Shown here: positions 37,630 to 47,732 of the stretch, piece after piece | Numbering within the stretch: position 1 is the first letter of the stretch | Layout of the letters: each line of letters starts with the position of its first letter | DNA from: Candidatus Eiseniibacteriota bacterium | Lineage (GTDB): Bacteria; Eisenbacteria; RBG-16-71-46; JABDJR01 | DNA: 64,000 bases | Direction: 5' to 3' | Assembly: GCA_963783375.1 (NCBI GenBank) | Contig: CAWANH010000028.1 | Coordinates: 1,312,001-1,376,000 of the forward strand | The notes under the pieces: model-generated | The model's database searches: none | Seen by the model: only the letters and a program-made list of their open reading frames with translations | Told to the model about the DNA's origin: nothing | Made by a program: the position numbers and the translations under genes

Positions 37630-38060
37630 ACACAAGATGGCGCTCTGTTTGCAAAGGGCAAAATCGACTTCAGCTCGATTTCCCGCCGTTTCCGGTCACG
37701 CGGCCGTGTGTGGAGAGGCGGTGGATGGAGTGGGGAGAACGGTGGAGGAGTGAGCGGGTCCGGCAATCCCCGAGATCTCCCGGGTGCGCCGCGAAGGGAT
37801 TTCATCCCGGGGCCAACCGGTGGGAGAAGGAAGTGACCGATCATGCGCGACGTCGCCGGACCTCGCGGCCACGGGGCGCGGGGCGGCGCCACCGCTTGGC
37901 TCATGCCGGCCCGTGCCCGCGTTCCCCCGAGATCCCGACCGGCGCGCATCGGAGGGTGGGGAACCTGCCCGGCCGAGGCTGGACAATTCCTCCAAATCGG
38001 TAGAATATGGTCGGGTTACGCGCAGACCCATTCCTCGTCCAGACGCAAGGGGGCAGCGAG

Positions 38061-38438
38061 ATGGAAATTACCGAGGTCAAGGTCCGCCTGTGGAGCGACC
38101 AGCGGCTCCGCGCCCTGGTCACGGTCGTCTTCGACGACTCCTTCGTGGTTCGGAACATCAAGGTCATCGAAGGCCGGGACGGAAAGCTCTTCGTGGCCAT
38201 GCCCAGCCGCCGGATGTCGGACGGACGCTACGGCGACATCGCTCATCCCATCACCCGCGACTTTCGCCGGCAGATGGAGTCGAGCATCCTGGGGGCTTAC
38301 CTGGAAGAGTGCGAGCACGTTCGCCGAAGCCCGGAGTACGCGGGGAACCGAGCCCAGCGGGATCATCGCGAGTTCGACGAGTTCGACATGGACTCCGAGG
38401 ACGAGGGGCCATCCGACGAGTGGGCCCAGAGCCACTGA
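38061..38438 (+). CDS. spoVG: SpoVG-family nucleic-acid-binding protein
   Basis: MEITEVKV..FDDSFVVRNIKVIEG..LFVAMPSRR..DIAHPI. Confidence 0.95.
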   Translation: MEITEVKVRLWSDQRLRALVTVVFDDSFVVRNIKVIEGRDGKLFVAMPSRRMSDGRYGDIAHPITRDFRRQMESSILGAYLEECEHVRRSPEYAGNRAQRDHREFDEFDMDSEDEGPSDEWAQSH

Positions 38439-38570
38439 CCCGGTCCCGCCTCGATCGCTCCCCTTCCGCGGCTCCCCGAACCTCCCCAGCTCCCCCCCCC
38501 GGATGAACCTCTGAAGCCCGGCGGCCAACGCGGTTTCCGCCCCGGTTCGCGGGCCGATGGCCACCCATGA

Positions 38571-39449
38571 CTAGAGGGGGCTCCGCGCCCCTGAAGGGAG
38601 ATTCCGCTCCCCCGGGCCCGGATACCGGGGGCCCCGTCCGAGGAGCGCCTGGGTGGTAGCCCGGTGGAGGCCGGCCCGGACCAACTCTTCGGCGAACCCC
38701 CGGCGAAGGTCCCTTGCAGTCCCCCGGGGCCAGAGCCCGCTCCGCCGGGCGGCCCGCTCCAGGGCCCGCTGGGCGGCCCGTGGGGTCAGGGGGGCCTCCC
38801 CTGCGCCGGGGAAGACCGGATCATCGGGCTTCCGGCGGGCCAGGTAGCGGCGGAGATCCGGGGCGAGCCGGGGGGAGAGCACGCTCAAGCGCTCCGGTCC
38901 GTGTTCCCTGCCCGCCACCCGCACCGTTCCGCGGGTCGGGTCCAGATCCTTCGCCCGGAGCGCGAGGGCCTCGGCCAGCCGCAGACCCGAGCCGAACAGG
39001 AGCCCGATCAGCAGGCGGTCCCGAACGGCGGGCGCGGCCCCGATCAGGGCCAGAACCTCGTTTCGGGTGAGAGGGGAGGCTTCGGGTGGGGGCCGTCCGT
39101 GCCTCCGGGAGAGGCTCTCGGCCAGGTCGGGGCGCTCCACGACGTCCCGAAACAGGAACCGGAGGATGCTTCGCGCCTGCTGGAGGGTGGCGGCGGAAAG
39201 GCCGTCCCGGCGGGCCAGGATCTCCAGATAGTCGCGGAGGTCGCGGGGACCGAGGGAACCGGGGTGTCGTCGCGAGGTCGTCGCCAGGTGGCGGATTCGC
39301 GTCAGGTAGATGGCGCGGGAGCGGGCGCAGAGGCCGCGGGCCGCCAGACGCTTCTCCGCCGAGGCGAGGAGCGCAGGAAGCCAGTGCCGGGTGGGGGGTT
39401 CCGGTCGGGAGTCGCCGGGATCGGAAATCGCGATGCGGGCGCGTTCCAT
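38571..39449 (-). CDS. Tyrosine recombinase/integrase-like protein with a degenerate active site
   Basis: SAM-like N-domain (LSAATLQQARSILRFLF), GSGLRLAEALAL; HxLRH replaced by RDLRR and LGH by LGR. Confidence 0.75.
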   Translation of the reverse strand: MERARIAISDPGDSRPEPPTRHWLPALLASAEKRLAARGLCARSRAIYLTRIRHLATTSRRHPGSLGPRDLRDYLEILARRDGLSAATLQQARSILRFLFRDVVERPDLAESLSRRHGRPPPEASPLTRNEVLALIGAAPAVRDRLLIGLLFGSGLRLAEALALRAKDLDPTRGTVRVAGREHGPERLSVLSPRLAPDLRRYLARRKPDDPVFPGAGEAPLTPRAAQRALERAARRSGLWPRGTARDLRRGFAEELVRAGLHRATTQALLGRGPRYPGPGERNLPSGARSPL

Positions 39450-39563
39450 GGCCGAGGACCTCCTTCCACGGGGACGGGGAGTAGGGCTACGCCAGGAACG
39501 AGAAGCAGGATCCGGGCCGGTTGGGCGTGGAGCGATCGGGCGGCGAAGCCTCGGCGGGCGCGC

Positions 39564-40109
39564 TCAGCCGGCGGGGACGTGCTCCGGGGTGACCGGCGTG
39601 CCGAAGCGCGTCCCCAACGCCTTGAGGTAACCGTCCAGGGTGGAGTGGTAGTGGAAGAGGAAGCGGGCCAGGAAACGGAACACCGCGTTGTGAATCGTGC
39701 CACGCTCGGTGATGGTGAGCCGGGTGCCGCCCGGGGCCGGGGTCACCTCGTAGTCCCAGGAGCCGGAGAACGGGAGGTCGGGGGCGGCGATCCGGGTGGT
39801 CATCCGGCGGGGGGGATCGAGGGCGGTGACCTCGTAGGGAAGCTCGCCGGTGGGCCCGACCTCGAGCCAGACCGGATGCCCGTCCCGGTCGGGGAGGCGC
39901 TCCACGCGCACGAGGTCCGGCCGCCACGATGCGGCGTGCTCGAAGTCGCTCACCACCGCCCATACCGTGTCGGGGGAGGCTGGATAGAGCGCCCGGCTGG
40001 CCACGACGTGGGTGGCGGGAAGGAACGCCCCCACCGCGAACATGATGGCCAGGGCGAAGACGGGAAGGCCCAGGACGAGGAGGATCCCGCGCCGGGTGCG
40101 CCGGTTCAT
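39564..40109 (-). CDS. SRPBCC/polyketide-cyclase-fold protein
   Basis: ASPDTVWAVVSD..WR, FSGSWDYE, TRLTITE; N-terminal TM. Confidence 0.85.
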   Translation of the reverse strand: MNRRTRRGILLVLGLPVFALAIMFAVGAFLPATHVVASRALYPASPDTVWAVVSDFEHAASWRPDLVRVERLPDRDGHPVWLEVGPTGELPYEVTALDPPRRMTTRIAAPDLPFSGSWDYEVTPAPGGTRLTITERGTIHNAVFRFLARFLFHYHSTLDGYLKALGTRFGTPVTPEHVPAG

Positions 40110-40122
40110 CGTGCGGCTCCGC

Positions 40123-41139
40123 TCAATAGCCCATCTTCCCGATGTCCACCTTGCCCCGGAAGACCCAGTAGATCACCGCGGTGTAGGCGAGCACGAAGGG
40201 CATGCCGATGAAGGCGATGTTTCGCATGATGGCCAGGGTCTTGGCCGAGGAGGCCGCGTTGTAGATGGTGAGGCTCAGGCTCGGGTCGGTGCTGGAGACG
40301 ATGAGGTTCGGGTAGAGAGCGGCCCCGAAGAGGAAGATGAGGGCCGCGATGGTGGAAACCGACGAGAAGAACGCGTAGAACGGCCGCCCCTGGAAGATGG
40401 CCCGGGGGATGTTGGCGATGGCGAGTACGTTCAGCACCACCACCCCCCACATCCAGGGGTGGCTCCCGAAGTTCCGGTGGGCGTGGGGGAGGATCACCAG
40501 GGTGGCGATGGTCACGAAGAGGTAGGCGACCAGGAAGATACCGAAGGTGCGCCACATCCACCTCTGGACGCGTTGCTGGAGGTCCCCCTCGGTCTTCAGG
40601 TACAGGTAGATGCTCCCGTGCATGAGGAAGGTGGCCACGGCCAGGGCGCCCACCAGGACGGAGTAGGGGCGCACCAGATCGAGCAGGTTCCCATGGAACT
40701 CCATGTCCGCGCCGATGGGAAGCCCCATCATGGAGTCCCCCACCGCCACCCCGAAGAGGAGGGTGGCCAGGCCGCTGGCCCCGAAGAACGACCAGTCCCA
40801 GAACCTGCGCCATCCGGGGTGTCCCTGCTTGCTCCTGAACTCCATCGACACCGCCCGGAAGATGAGGGCGAAGAGGAGCACCATGAAGGGGAGGTAGAAC
40901 GCGGAGAAGGCGGTGGCGTAGGCATTGGGGAAGGCGGCGAAGAGCGCCCCCCCAAAGGTCACCAGCCACACCTCGTTCCCGTCCCACAGGGGGCCGATGG
41001 AGTTCATGAAGATGCGGCGCTCCTGATCGGTTCGAGCCAGGGGATGGAGCATGCCCACCCCCAGATCGAAGCCGTCGAGGACGGCGTACCCGGTGAGGAG
41101 CACCCCCAGAATGCCGAACCAGAGCAGATGCAGGTCCAC
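40123..41139 (-). CDS. cydB: Cytochrome bd ubiquinol oxidase subunit II
   Basis: LDGFDLGVG, IGPLWDGNEVWL, LFAAFP, RAVSMEFR. Confidence 0.96.
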   Translation of the reverse strand: MDLHLLWFGILGVLLTGYAVLDGFDLGVGMLHPLARTDQERRIFMNSIGPLWDGNEVWLVTFGGALFAAFPNAYATAFSAFYLPFMVLLFALIFRAVSMEFRSKQGHPGWRRFWDWSFFGASGLATLLFGVAVGDSMMGLPIGADMEFHGNLLDLVRPYSVLVGALAVATFLMHGSIYLYLKTEGDLQQRVQRWMWRTFGIFLVAYLFVTIATLVILPHAHRNFGSHPWMWGVVVLNVLAIANIPRAIFQGRPFYAFFSSVSTIAALIFLFGAALYPNLIVSSTDPSLSLTIYNAASSAKTLAIMRNIAFIGMPFVLAYTAVIYWVFRGKVDIGKMGY

Positions 41140-41241
41140 GATGATTCCTTCCCGTCGAGCCGCCGGCGCTCGGGCCGGCGACCGTTTCCGTCGTCCCGGT
41201 CCGGACGCGCCGGTGCCCGGGACCGATTTCCAGCCTCCCCG

Positions 41242-42699
41242 CTAGGGTTCCTGCGGTTTCCCGCGCTCCCCGTGAGCCTCGGTCATGGACGCCCCCCCCG
41301 CCCCGGCCAGGGCCGCGGCGGTATCCAGCCAGCTGCGGCTCCGCTTCGCCGAGGGCTCGATCTCCGCGTACTCCTCCCGCGGACCGTCCTGGATCTTGTG
41401 GTTGAGCACGAAGATCCATACCAGGAAGAGGAGGAAGTAGATCACGCCGAACAGAATGATCGAGGCGAGGATCTGCTCGCCGGGTACCGCCTTGGAGACC
41501 CCGTCCTCGGTGCGAAGGAGCCCGTAGACCAGCCAGGGCTGGCGGCCCACCTCCGCCGCCACCCAGCCCAGCTCGTTGGCGGCGAAGGGGCCGAGGACCG
41601 AGACGGTGAAGAGTGCCATGAGCCAGCGCTTCTGGAACAACGATCGTCGCCAGACGAAGAACCATCCGGTCAGGCAAAGGAGAACGAAGTAGAGCCCCAG
41701 GGCGACCATGAGGTGATAGGAGTAGAAGGGGATGGCCACCGGCGGCCGGTCCTCGGGGGCGAACCGGTCGAGGCCGGGCACCGGCTTCGAGGCGTCCTGG
41801 TACACCAGCCAGCTCAAGAGTCCGGGGACGGCCACCCCGTAGCGCACGGTCTGGGCGTCCTCGTCCACGATGCCGAAGAGGCTCATGGCGGTGCCGCCGG
41901 TCCCGGTCTTGAAGTGACCCTCGAAGGCGGCCAGCTTGGCCGGCTGGTGCTCGGCCACCTCGTCGGCCTGGAAATGCCCGGAGATCGGGGCGGCCAGGGA
42001 GAATACCGTCGCCACCACCAGGCTCAAGATGAAGGTGCGGTGGGCGAACCTCAGGTGCTTTCCCCGAAGGACGTACCAGGCGGAGATGCTCATGCCGAAA
42101 AATCCGCCCAGGATGTAGGCGCCGATCAGGACGTGGACCAGCCGGTGGACGGAGGACGGATTGAACACCATGGCCCAGAAGCTGGTGATCTCGGCGCGGG
42201 TGGCCAGCCCCTGCCCCACGATGTGGAAGCCCGCCGGGGTCTGCTGCCAGGAGTTGGCCACCACGATCCAGATGGCGGAGAAGACCGCGCCCGAGGCCAC
42301 CATCCAGGTGGAGAAGTAGTGCACGCGATCGGATACCCGGTCCCACCCGAAGACCAGCACGGCCAGGAACCCCGACTCCAGGAAGAAGGCGAAGATCCCC
42401 TCGGAGGCCAGCGCCGACCCGAACACGTCCCCCACGAACCGCGAGTAGGTGGCCCAGTTGGTGCCGAACTGGAACTCCATCACGATCCCGGTGGCCACCC
42501 CCATGGCGAAGTTGACCGCGAAGACCCGGGTCCAGAACCGGGCCATGGCGCGGTATTCGGGGTCCCGGGTCTTCATGTACATGCTCTCCATGAAGACCAG
42601 GAGGGCCCCCAGCCCGATGGTGAGCGGGGGGAAGATGTAGTGGAACATGATGGTGAGGCTGAACTGGATGCGCGAGAGAAGGACGGTGTTCAAATCCAT
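41242..42699 (-). CDS. cydA: Cytochrome bd ubiquinol oxidase subunit I
   Basis: [40 protein letters not shown]. Confidence 0.96.
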   Translation of the reverse strand: MDLNTVLLSRIQFSLTIMFHYIFPPLTIGLGALLVFMESMYMKTRDPEYRAMARFWTRVFAVNFAMGVATGIVMEFQFGTNWATYSRFVGDVFGSALASEGIFAFFLESGFLAVLVFGWDRVSDRVHYFSTWMVASGAVFSAIWIVVANSWQQTPAGFHIVGQGLATRAEITSFWAMVFNPSSVHRLVHVLIGAYILGGFFGMSISAWYVLRGKHLRFAHRTFILSLVVATVFSLAAPISGHFQADEVAEHQPAKLAAFEGHFKTGTGGTAMSLFGIVDEDAQTVRYGVAVPGLLSWLVYQDASKPVPGLDRFAPEDRPPVAIPFYSYHLMVALGLYFVLLCLTGWFFVWRRSLFQKRWLMALFTVSVLGPFAANELGWVAAEVGRQPWLVYGLLRTEDGVSKAVPGEQILASIILFGVIYFLLFLVWIFVLNHKIQDGPREEYAEIEPSAKRSRSWLDTAAALAGAGGASMTEAHGERGKPQEP

Positions 42700-42863
42700 A
42701 CGATGGTCTTCCCCTGTTCCGGGGGGTCGCCCGCCGAGCCACCCGCGCCCCAAACCGTATCGAATCGATCGGTTTTCCGCCGCCACGATGACGAGTATCG
42801 AGAAAAGAGAAGCGGACCCGCGCCGGGAGGTCAACCCGCCCCGGACAGGTTTCGACCGGGAGC

Positions 42864-43169
42864 TCAGAGAAGGGCGATGAGCTCCTTCAGCCGGGCGAGC
42901 GCGGCGGGATCGGCCCGATAGAGCCGCCGGGGTCCGTGGGAGGCGCCGCCGACCAGGCCCGCCGCCTCCAGGGCCCTCAGGTGCTGGGAGACCGTGGACT
43001 GGGCCAGGGGCAGGGCAGCCACCAGCTCCCCACAGGTTCGGGCCTGGCCGGGGGCGAGGAGCCTCAGGATCCGGATCCGGGCCGGGTGGGCCAGGGCGCG
43101 CGCCAACCGGGCCAGATCGGCCTCGGCCGGACTCGAAGCGGCCGACTTGGGAATCCAGCGGACGGACAT
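42864..43169 (-). CDS. ArsR/SmtB-family transcriptional repressor
   Basis: ARALAHPARIRIL..TCGELV..LAQSTVSQHL. Confidence 0.92.
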   Translation of the reverse strand: MSVRWIPKSAASSPAEADLARLARALAHPARIRILRLLAPGQARTCGELVAALPLAQSTVSQHLRALEAAGLVGGASHGPRRLYRADPAALARLKELIALL

Positions 43170-43191
43170 CCTGATCGCCTCCAGTGACCAC

Positions 43192-43242
43192 TTATCGTAT
43201 ATCGACGATATACGATAATACCCATCATGGCTTTCAGGTCAA
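43192..43242 (-). promoter_or_regulatory. ArsR-type operator (perfect 13-1-13 inverted repeat) overlapping a sigma70 promoter
   Basis: TTATCGTATATCG-A-CGATATACGATAA (43192-43218); on the minus strand TTGACC-N16-TATTAT. Confidence 0.8.
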
Positions 43243-43501
43243 GACCCTGCGTGAGACTGATCGGGGAGCTCCTGGCCGGGAAAGGCTTGGTGGGCCGTCA
43301 CCCCGCCGGTAGCGGGCTGCATCATCCGAGGCAGGGGAGCCGACAGGAGGACACCCACTCGCCCCCCGGATCGGCGAAGCCCCGCCCTCCACGTTGGCCG
43401 GCGCGTGGGGTAGACTGAACCGCCGCGATCGAGTTCGAGGCCCGGTTCGCGGACGATGTCCGGCCCGGAGAGGGCTTTCGGCAAGCGACCAAGGGGGGGC
43501 G

Positions 43502-43900
43502 ATGGTCTTTCTCGTCACGTTACACGGTTTCATCCGCTGGCTGATCCTCCTCGCCGCGCTGATCGGCCTCGGGGACGCGTTCTACGCGCTCTACGGGGGC
43601 AAGCGCGAGGGAGGCGCCCTGGGGCGCCCCCTTCCCCCGATCTTCCTGGGGCTCCTGGACCTCCAGCTCCTCCTGGGGATCGTGCTCATGTTCGCGGTGC
43701 CCGGGGCCCGCCAGCATTTCATGGTGCACGGTGGGGTGATGATCGTCGCGGTGGCGCTGGCCCACGTCCTTCGGGTGCGGCTCAAGAAGGCGCCGGAAGG
43801 GGGGAAGGCCCGCGCCCAGGCCCTCCTCTACCTCCTGCCCCTGATCGTGATCCTGTTGGGGCTTGCCGCCCTCGGGCTGGGAGCCGGATCGACGATCTAG
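43502..43900 (+). CDS. Small 4-TM His-containing membrane protein (possible b-heme binder)
   Basis: LHGFIRWL, DLQLLLG, HGGVM..LAHV. Confidence 0.7.
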   Translation: MVFLVTLHGFIRWLILLAALIGLGDAFYALYGGKREGGALGRPLPPIFLGLLDLQLLLGIVLMFAVPGARQHFMVHGGVMIVAVALAHVLRVRLKKAPEGGKARAQALLYLLPLIVILLGLAALGLGAGSTI

Positions 43901-44042
43901 ACGCCGGATCCGGGCGCGTTTGAGGCGCGGCGGTCTTTCCGCGGAGAACCCCCACCGGCGCCCGCCGACGCGCCGTGATAAGCTCATCTGGACCCATGGA
44001 CGGCCCCTGCCCGACTCATTTCCCAACCGGAGAGGACCAACC

Positions 44043-44546
44043 ATGAGCCTTATGACCTTCGATCAATTGCCGGACCACGCCCGGCTCTGGGTGTTCGGGG
44101 CGGACCGTCCCATGACCACGGCTGAGAAGCAGCTCGTGCTGGACTCGGTGGAGGACGGCCTCGCCGCCTGGAACGCCCACGGAAGCCCCGTCCACTGGGG
44201 CCATCAGCTCGTCCACGACCAGTTCCTGATGATCGGGGTGGACGAGGCGGTGACCGAGCTCTCGGGGTGCTCCATCGACAGCGCCACCCGCGCGCTCAAG
44301 GCTTTGGAAGGGCGGCTCGGACTGTCCCTCCTCGACAATTCCCGGGTGTTCTATCGCGAGGCGGGCCGGGTCGTGCGAGTGACCCGCCCCGAGTTCCGCG
44401 ACCTGGCGCGCTCCGGCGCGGTGACCGAGGACACTCCGGTCTTCAACAACGTGCTGGCCACGGTGGGGGAACTCCGTCAGGGAAACTGGGAGGTGCCGCT
44501 CCGGCGCTCCTGGCACGCCGAGGCCTTCCCGGTGGCCCGGTCATGA
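44043..44546 (+). CDS. Conserved hypothetical protein
   Basis: FDQLPDHARLWVF, WNAHG, SGCSID, VFNN..W motifs; GAGG RBS. Confidence 0.75.
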   Translation: MSLMTFDQLPDHARLWVFGADRPMTTAEKQLVLDSVEDGLAAWNAHGSPVHWGHQLVHDQFLMIGVDEAVTELSGCSIDSATRALKALEGRLGLSLLDNSRVFYREAGRVVRVTRPEFRDLARSGAVTEDTPVFNNVLATVGELRQGNWEVPLRRSWHAEAFPVARS

Positions 44547-45220
44547 GCGACGAGGAGCACCTCCCCCTCTGGGAACGCCCGGAGATGGTGGAGCGGTTCG
44601 CCTCCCGTGACCCCGACGTCCGCCTGGTGAAGCTCGTCCCGGGCTACGCCCGGCCCGGGGCGGTGCGCGTGCTCGACCTGGGGTGCGCGGGAGGGCGGAA
44701 CGCGGTGTACCTCGCCCGGCTCGGCTTCGACGTCACCGCCCGGGACAGCTCCCGCGCCATGGTGGCCGAGACCCGGCGGCGCCTGGCCAAGATCCTGGGT
44801 GACGAGGAAGCCGGCCGCCGGGTCCAGCCGGGACCCATGGACCGCCTCGCGGGGATCGCCGACGGCTCGATCGATCTCCTGGTCGCCCTCGGCATCTTCC
44901 ACCAGGCCCAGAGCGAAACCGAATGGGACGCCGCGCTCGCCGAGGCCTACCGGGTGCTGGCCCACGGGGGGCGGATGCTGGTGGCCAACTTCACCGACGA
45001 GTTCGATCCCGACGGAACCGGGCTAGGCCCGGTCGAAGGGGAGCCGCACATCCGGGAGCGCGGAGAACAGGGGCGGGTCCACCTGGTCGACGCCCCCACC
45101 CTGGACCGCGAGATGCGCGTGCACGGCTTCGAGCCGTTGGTTCCCACCGAGACCGTCTACCACAAGACCGACGCGGGCGGCCTCCGGGTGACCGCCAACG
45201 CGCTCTACCAGAAGCCCTGA
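44543..45220 (+). CDS. Class I SAM-dependent methyltransferase
   Basis: RVLDLGCAGGRNA; ATGA coupling with the upstream gene. Confidence 0.88.
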   Translation: MSDEEHLPLWERPEMVERFASRDPDVRLVKLVPGYARPGAVRVLDLGCAGGRNAVYLARLGFDVTARDSSRAMVAETRRRLAKILGDEEAGRRVQPGPMDRLAGIADGSIDLLVALGIFHQAQSETEWDAALAEAYRVLAHGGRMLVANFTDEFDPDGTGLGPVEGEPHIRERGEQGRVHLVDAPTLDREMRVHGFEPLVPTETVYHKTDAGGLRVTANALYQKP

Positions 45221-45227
45221 GCCGGCG

Positions 45228-46262
45228 GTGAAGGGGGGCGCGGTGACCGGTCGGGTGCGGGCGTGTCCGCACGTGCCCGCCTGTCTGGCCGCGCTCGCGT
45301 GGGCGGCGCTCCTGTCCGCACCCGCCGAGGCCTCGGCGCCGGCGAACCGAAGCGGAGGGGAGGCCCCGGCCCGCGGGGCGGAGGCGGCGCCCGCCGCCGC
45401 GACCGCGCGAACCGCGGCGGATCACCTGGACGCGGAGATCGACGGCCTGGGGCTCGATCGTCTCGGCATGAGCCTGGGGGTGGAGATCGTCATCGAGGGC
45501 CGGGGGGTGGTCTACAGCCGCGACGCGTCGACTCCGCGCCCCGCGGCCAGTGCGATCAAGACCGCCATCGCCCTCGACCTCCTGGCCGAACGCGCGGAGG
45601 TGCTGGACGAGGTGCCGGTGGGAGTGGAGAACCTGCTCTCGCCGGGCATGCACCCGGCGTTCCGCGGCTTCTCCGCCGCGCAGCTCGACGAGGCGCGGCG
45701 GGCGCTGGCCGGGAAGACCTACCTGGAGCTGGCCCGAATCATGATGGGGCGGACCGAGGCGCTGAACGACGTCTACAACGCGGCCTGCAACGTGTTGATG
45801 GTAAAGCTCGGCGGACCCGAGGCCATCAACCAGCGGCTCCACCAGCGCGAACCGGCCTTTGCCGGCTTCGATGTGAACCGCTACATGCTGACCTGGAACG
45901 GGGACGGGGACAACATGGCCACCCCCGCGGCGCTGGTCACGCTCTACCGCATGACCGCCTCCGGCCGGGTGCAGGGCCTGGACCCGGCGCGGGTGGATCT
46001 CCTCCGCCAGTTCATCCTGGACACCGGTCCGGGGGGGGCCGGATCGGTGTACGAGAAGGCGGGGACCCTCTACCCCAAGCCGATCGCCCGCATCCACGCC
46101 GGGTACGTGGAGCGCCCGGAGGGGACCCTCATCTACGCGATCATGGGGGAAGTGGAGAATACCGGGGACCGCGATCCCGGCGACGTCTTCGTGGAGCTGT
46201 TGAACGCGGTGGACACGGTGACCATGTACTGCCGGGACCTGGCCGACTACGGGACCCGGTAG
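45228..46262 (+). CDS. Exported serine hydrolase (class A beta-lactamase-like fold)
   Basis: AASAIK (SxxK), NMATP, EKAG (KTG-like); signal peptide; start approximate. Confidence 0.75.
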   Translation: MKGGAVTGRVRACPHVPACLAALAWAALLSAPAEASAPANRSGGEAPARGAEAAPAAATARTAADHLDAEIDGLGLDRLGMSLGVEIVIEGRGVVYSRDASTPRPAASAIKTAIALDLLAERAEVLDEVPVGVENLLSPGMHPAFRGFSAAQLDEARRALAGKTYLELARIMMGRTEALNDVYNAACNVLMVKLGGPEAINQRLHQREPAFAGFDVNRYMLTWNGDGDNMATPAALVTLYRMTASGRVQGLDPARVDLLRQFILDTGPGGAGSVYEKAGTLYPKPIARIHAGYVERPEGTLIYAIMGEVENTGDRDPGDVFVELLNAVDTVTMYCRDLADYGTR

Positions 46263-46391
46263 GCTTCCCTCGCGCCGGCGCGCGGTGTCCGTCCACCGAG
46301 GCGCCGCCGGCCGCGGCCCGGGGCCGCGCCGCCCCGGGCGAAGGGTCCGGGGCCCTTGGCCCGCCGCCCCCGCTCGCGTATTCTCAAGGAT

Positions 46392-47486
46392 ATGAACACC
46401 TTCGGCCGTCTCTTCCGGGTCACCACCTTCGGCGAGTCCCACGGGGGCGGGGTGGGCTGTGTGATCGACGGCTGCCCGCCGCTCATGGAGCTGACCCCCG
46501 AGGACATCCAGCGGGAGCTCGACCGCCGCCGCCCCGGCCAGAGCCGGCTCACCACCGCCCGCCAGGAAGCCGACCGGGTGGAGATCCTCTCCGGGGTTTT
46601 CGAGGGACGCACCCTTGGATCCCCGATTGCCCTCCTGGTCCGGAACACCGACGCCCGTCCTCAGGACTACGAGGAGATGAGGGACCTCTTTCGCCCCTCG
46701 CACTCCGACTACACCACCGAGGCCAAGTACGGCGTGCGGAACTGGCAGGGAGGCGGCCGCTCCAGCGCGCGGGAGACGGTGGGGCGGGTGGCGGCGGGCG
46801 CGGTGGCGCGGAAATTGTTGGCGGAGGTGTGCGGCGCGGAGATCGTGGCCTGGGTGGCCGCGGTTCACGGGGTCGAGGCCTCGGTGGACGCGAGCGCGGT
46901 GGCCGCGGACGAGGTGGAGGCCACCCCGGTTCGCTGCCCGGACCCCGCCGCCGCCCAGCGGATGATCGAGGCGATCGACCGCGCCCGGGCCGACGGGGAC
47001 TCCCTGGGCGGGGTGGTGGCCTGCGTGGCGCGGGGGGTGCCCGCGGGCTGGGGGGAGCCGGTATTCGGAAAGCTCGAGGCCGAGCTGGCCGCGGCGATGC
47101 TGTCGCTCCCGGCGGCCAAGGGGTTCGAGAGCGGCGACGGCTTCGCCGGGACGGCCCTGGCCGGAAGCGAGCACAACGACGCCTTCGTGGTCCGCGGGGG
47201 GCGGATCCGCACCGTGACCAATCGCTCGGGCGGGATCCAGGGCGGGATCACCAACGGCGAGGAGGTGTTCCTCCGGGTGGCCTTCAAGCCCACCTCGACC
47301 ATCCGCAAGCCCCAGCAGACCGTGAACCGGGCCATGGAAGAAGTGACGCTGTCGGCGCGCGGCCGCCACGATCCCTGCGTGGTCCCACGGGCGGTGCCGA
47401 TCGTGGAGGCCATGACCGCCCTGGTCCTGGCCGACGCGTACCTCCGCCATCGGGGGCAGACCGGCCGCGAGGGCCCGGCGTTCTAG
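46392..47486 (+). CDS. aroC: Chorismate synthase
   Basis: [43 protein letters not shown]. Confidence 0.97.
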   Translation: MNTFGRLFRVTTFGESHGGGVGCVIDGCPPLMELTPEDIQRELDRRRPGQSRLTTARQEADRVEILSGVFEGRTLGSPIALLVRNTDARPQDYEEMRDLFRPSHSDYTTEAKYGVRNWQGGGRSSARETVGRVAAGAVARKLLAEVCGAEIVAWVAAVHGVEASVDASAVAADEVEATPVRCPDPAAAQRMIEAIDRARADGDSLGGVVACVARGVPAGWGEPVFGKLEAELAAAMLSLPAAKGFESGDGFAGTALAGSEHNDAFVVRGGRIRTVTNRSGGIQGGITNGEEVFLRVAFKPTSTIRKPQQTVNRAMEEVTLSARGRHDPCVVPRAVPIVEAMTALVLADAYLRHRGQTGREGPAF

Positions 47487-47526
47487 CGACGGGTTGGGCC
47501 GGTCCGGCACGGGTATGTGCCGGTTA

Positions 47527-47539
47527 TAACTATTTGATT
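47527..47539. promoter_or_regulatory. IHF-consensus site in an AT-rich spacer between convergent genes
   Basis: TAACTATTTGATT matches YAANNNNTTGATW exactly. Confidence 0.45.
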
Positions 47540-47732
47540 CGTTTATGGTTATCCGGGTATGGCCAGGAAGTGCACAGAGTCGCCGCCCGCGCGGGCAGGC
47601 AAGTCGAAAAGAGAACGGCCAGAAGCACCCCCGCCTGGAAACCGCGTGGAATAGGTTGATGTGTCAAGAGTCCAGGATTTCGGAGCGAATCATTCGGATT
47701 TTCGAATCGGCCTGCGCCGCGCCGGGTGTCTT

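Noticed and set aside
37480-38060. Chromosomal replication origin
   Set aside because: Only two good DnaA boxes, no clear AT-rich unwinding element, and no dnaA/dnaN/gidA/parB nearby
38571-40109. Integron (intI plus cassettes)
   Set aside because: The recombinase lacks the IntI-specific insertion and catalytic residues, and I found no attC-like sites
43245-43480. Possible structured ncRNA between arsR and the membrane protein gene
   Set aside because: No recognisable SRP, tmRNA, RNase P or riboswitch signature by eye; an Rfam scan would be needed
45228-46262. Bona fide beta-lactamase resistance gene
   Set aside because: SxxK and KxG are present, but the SDN motif and class A omega-loop Glu are not evident, so only a fold-level call is supported
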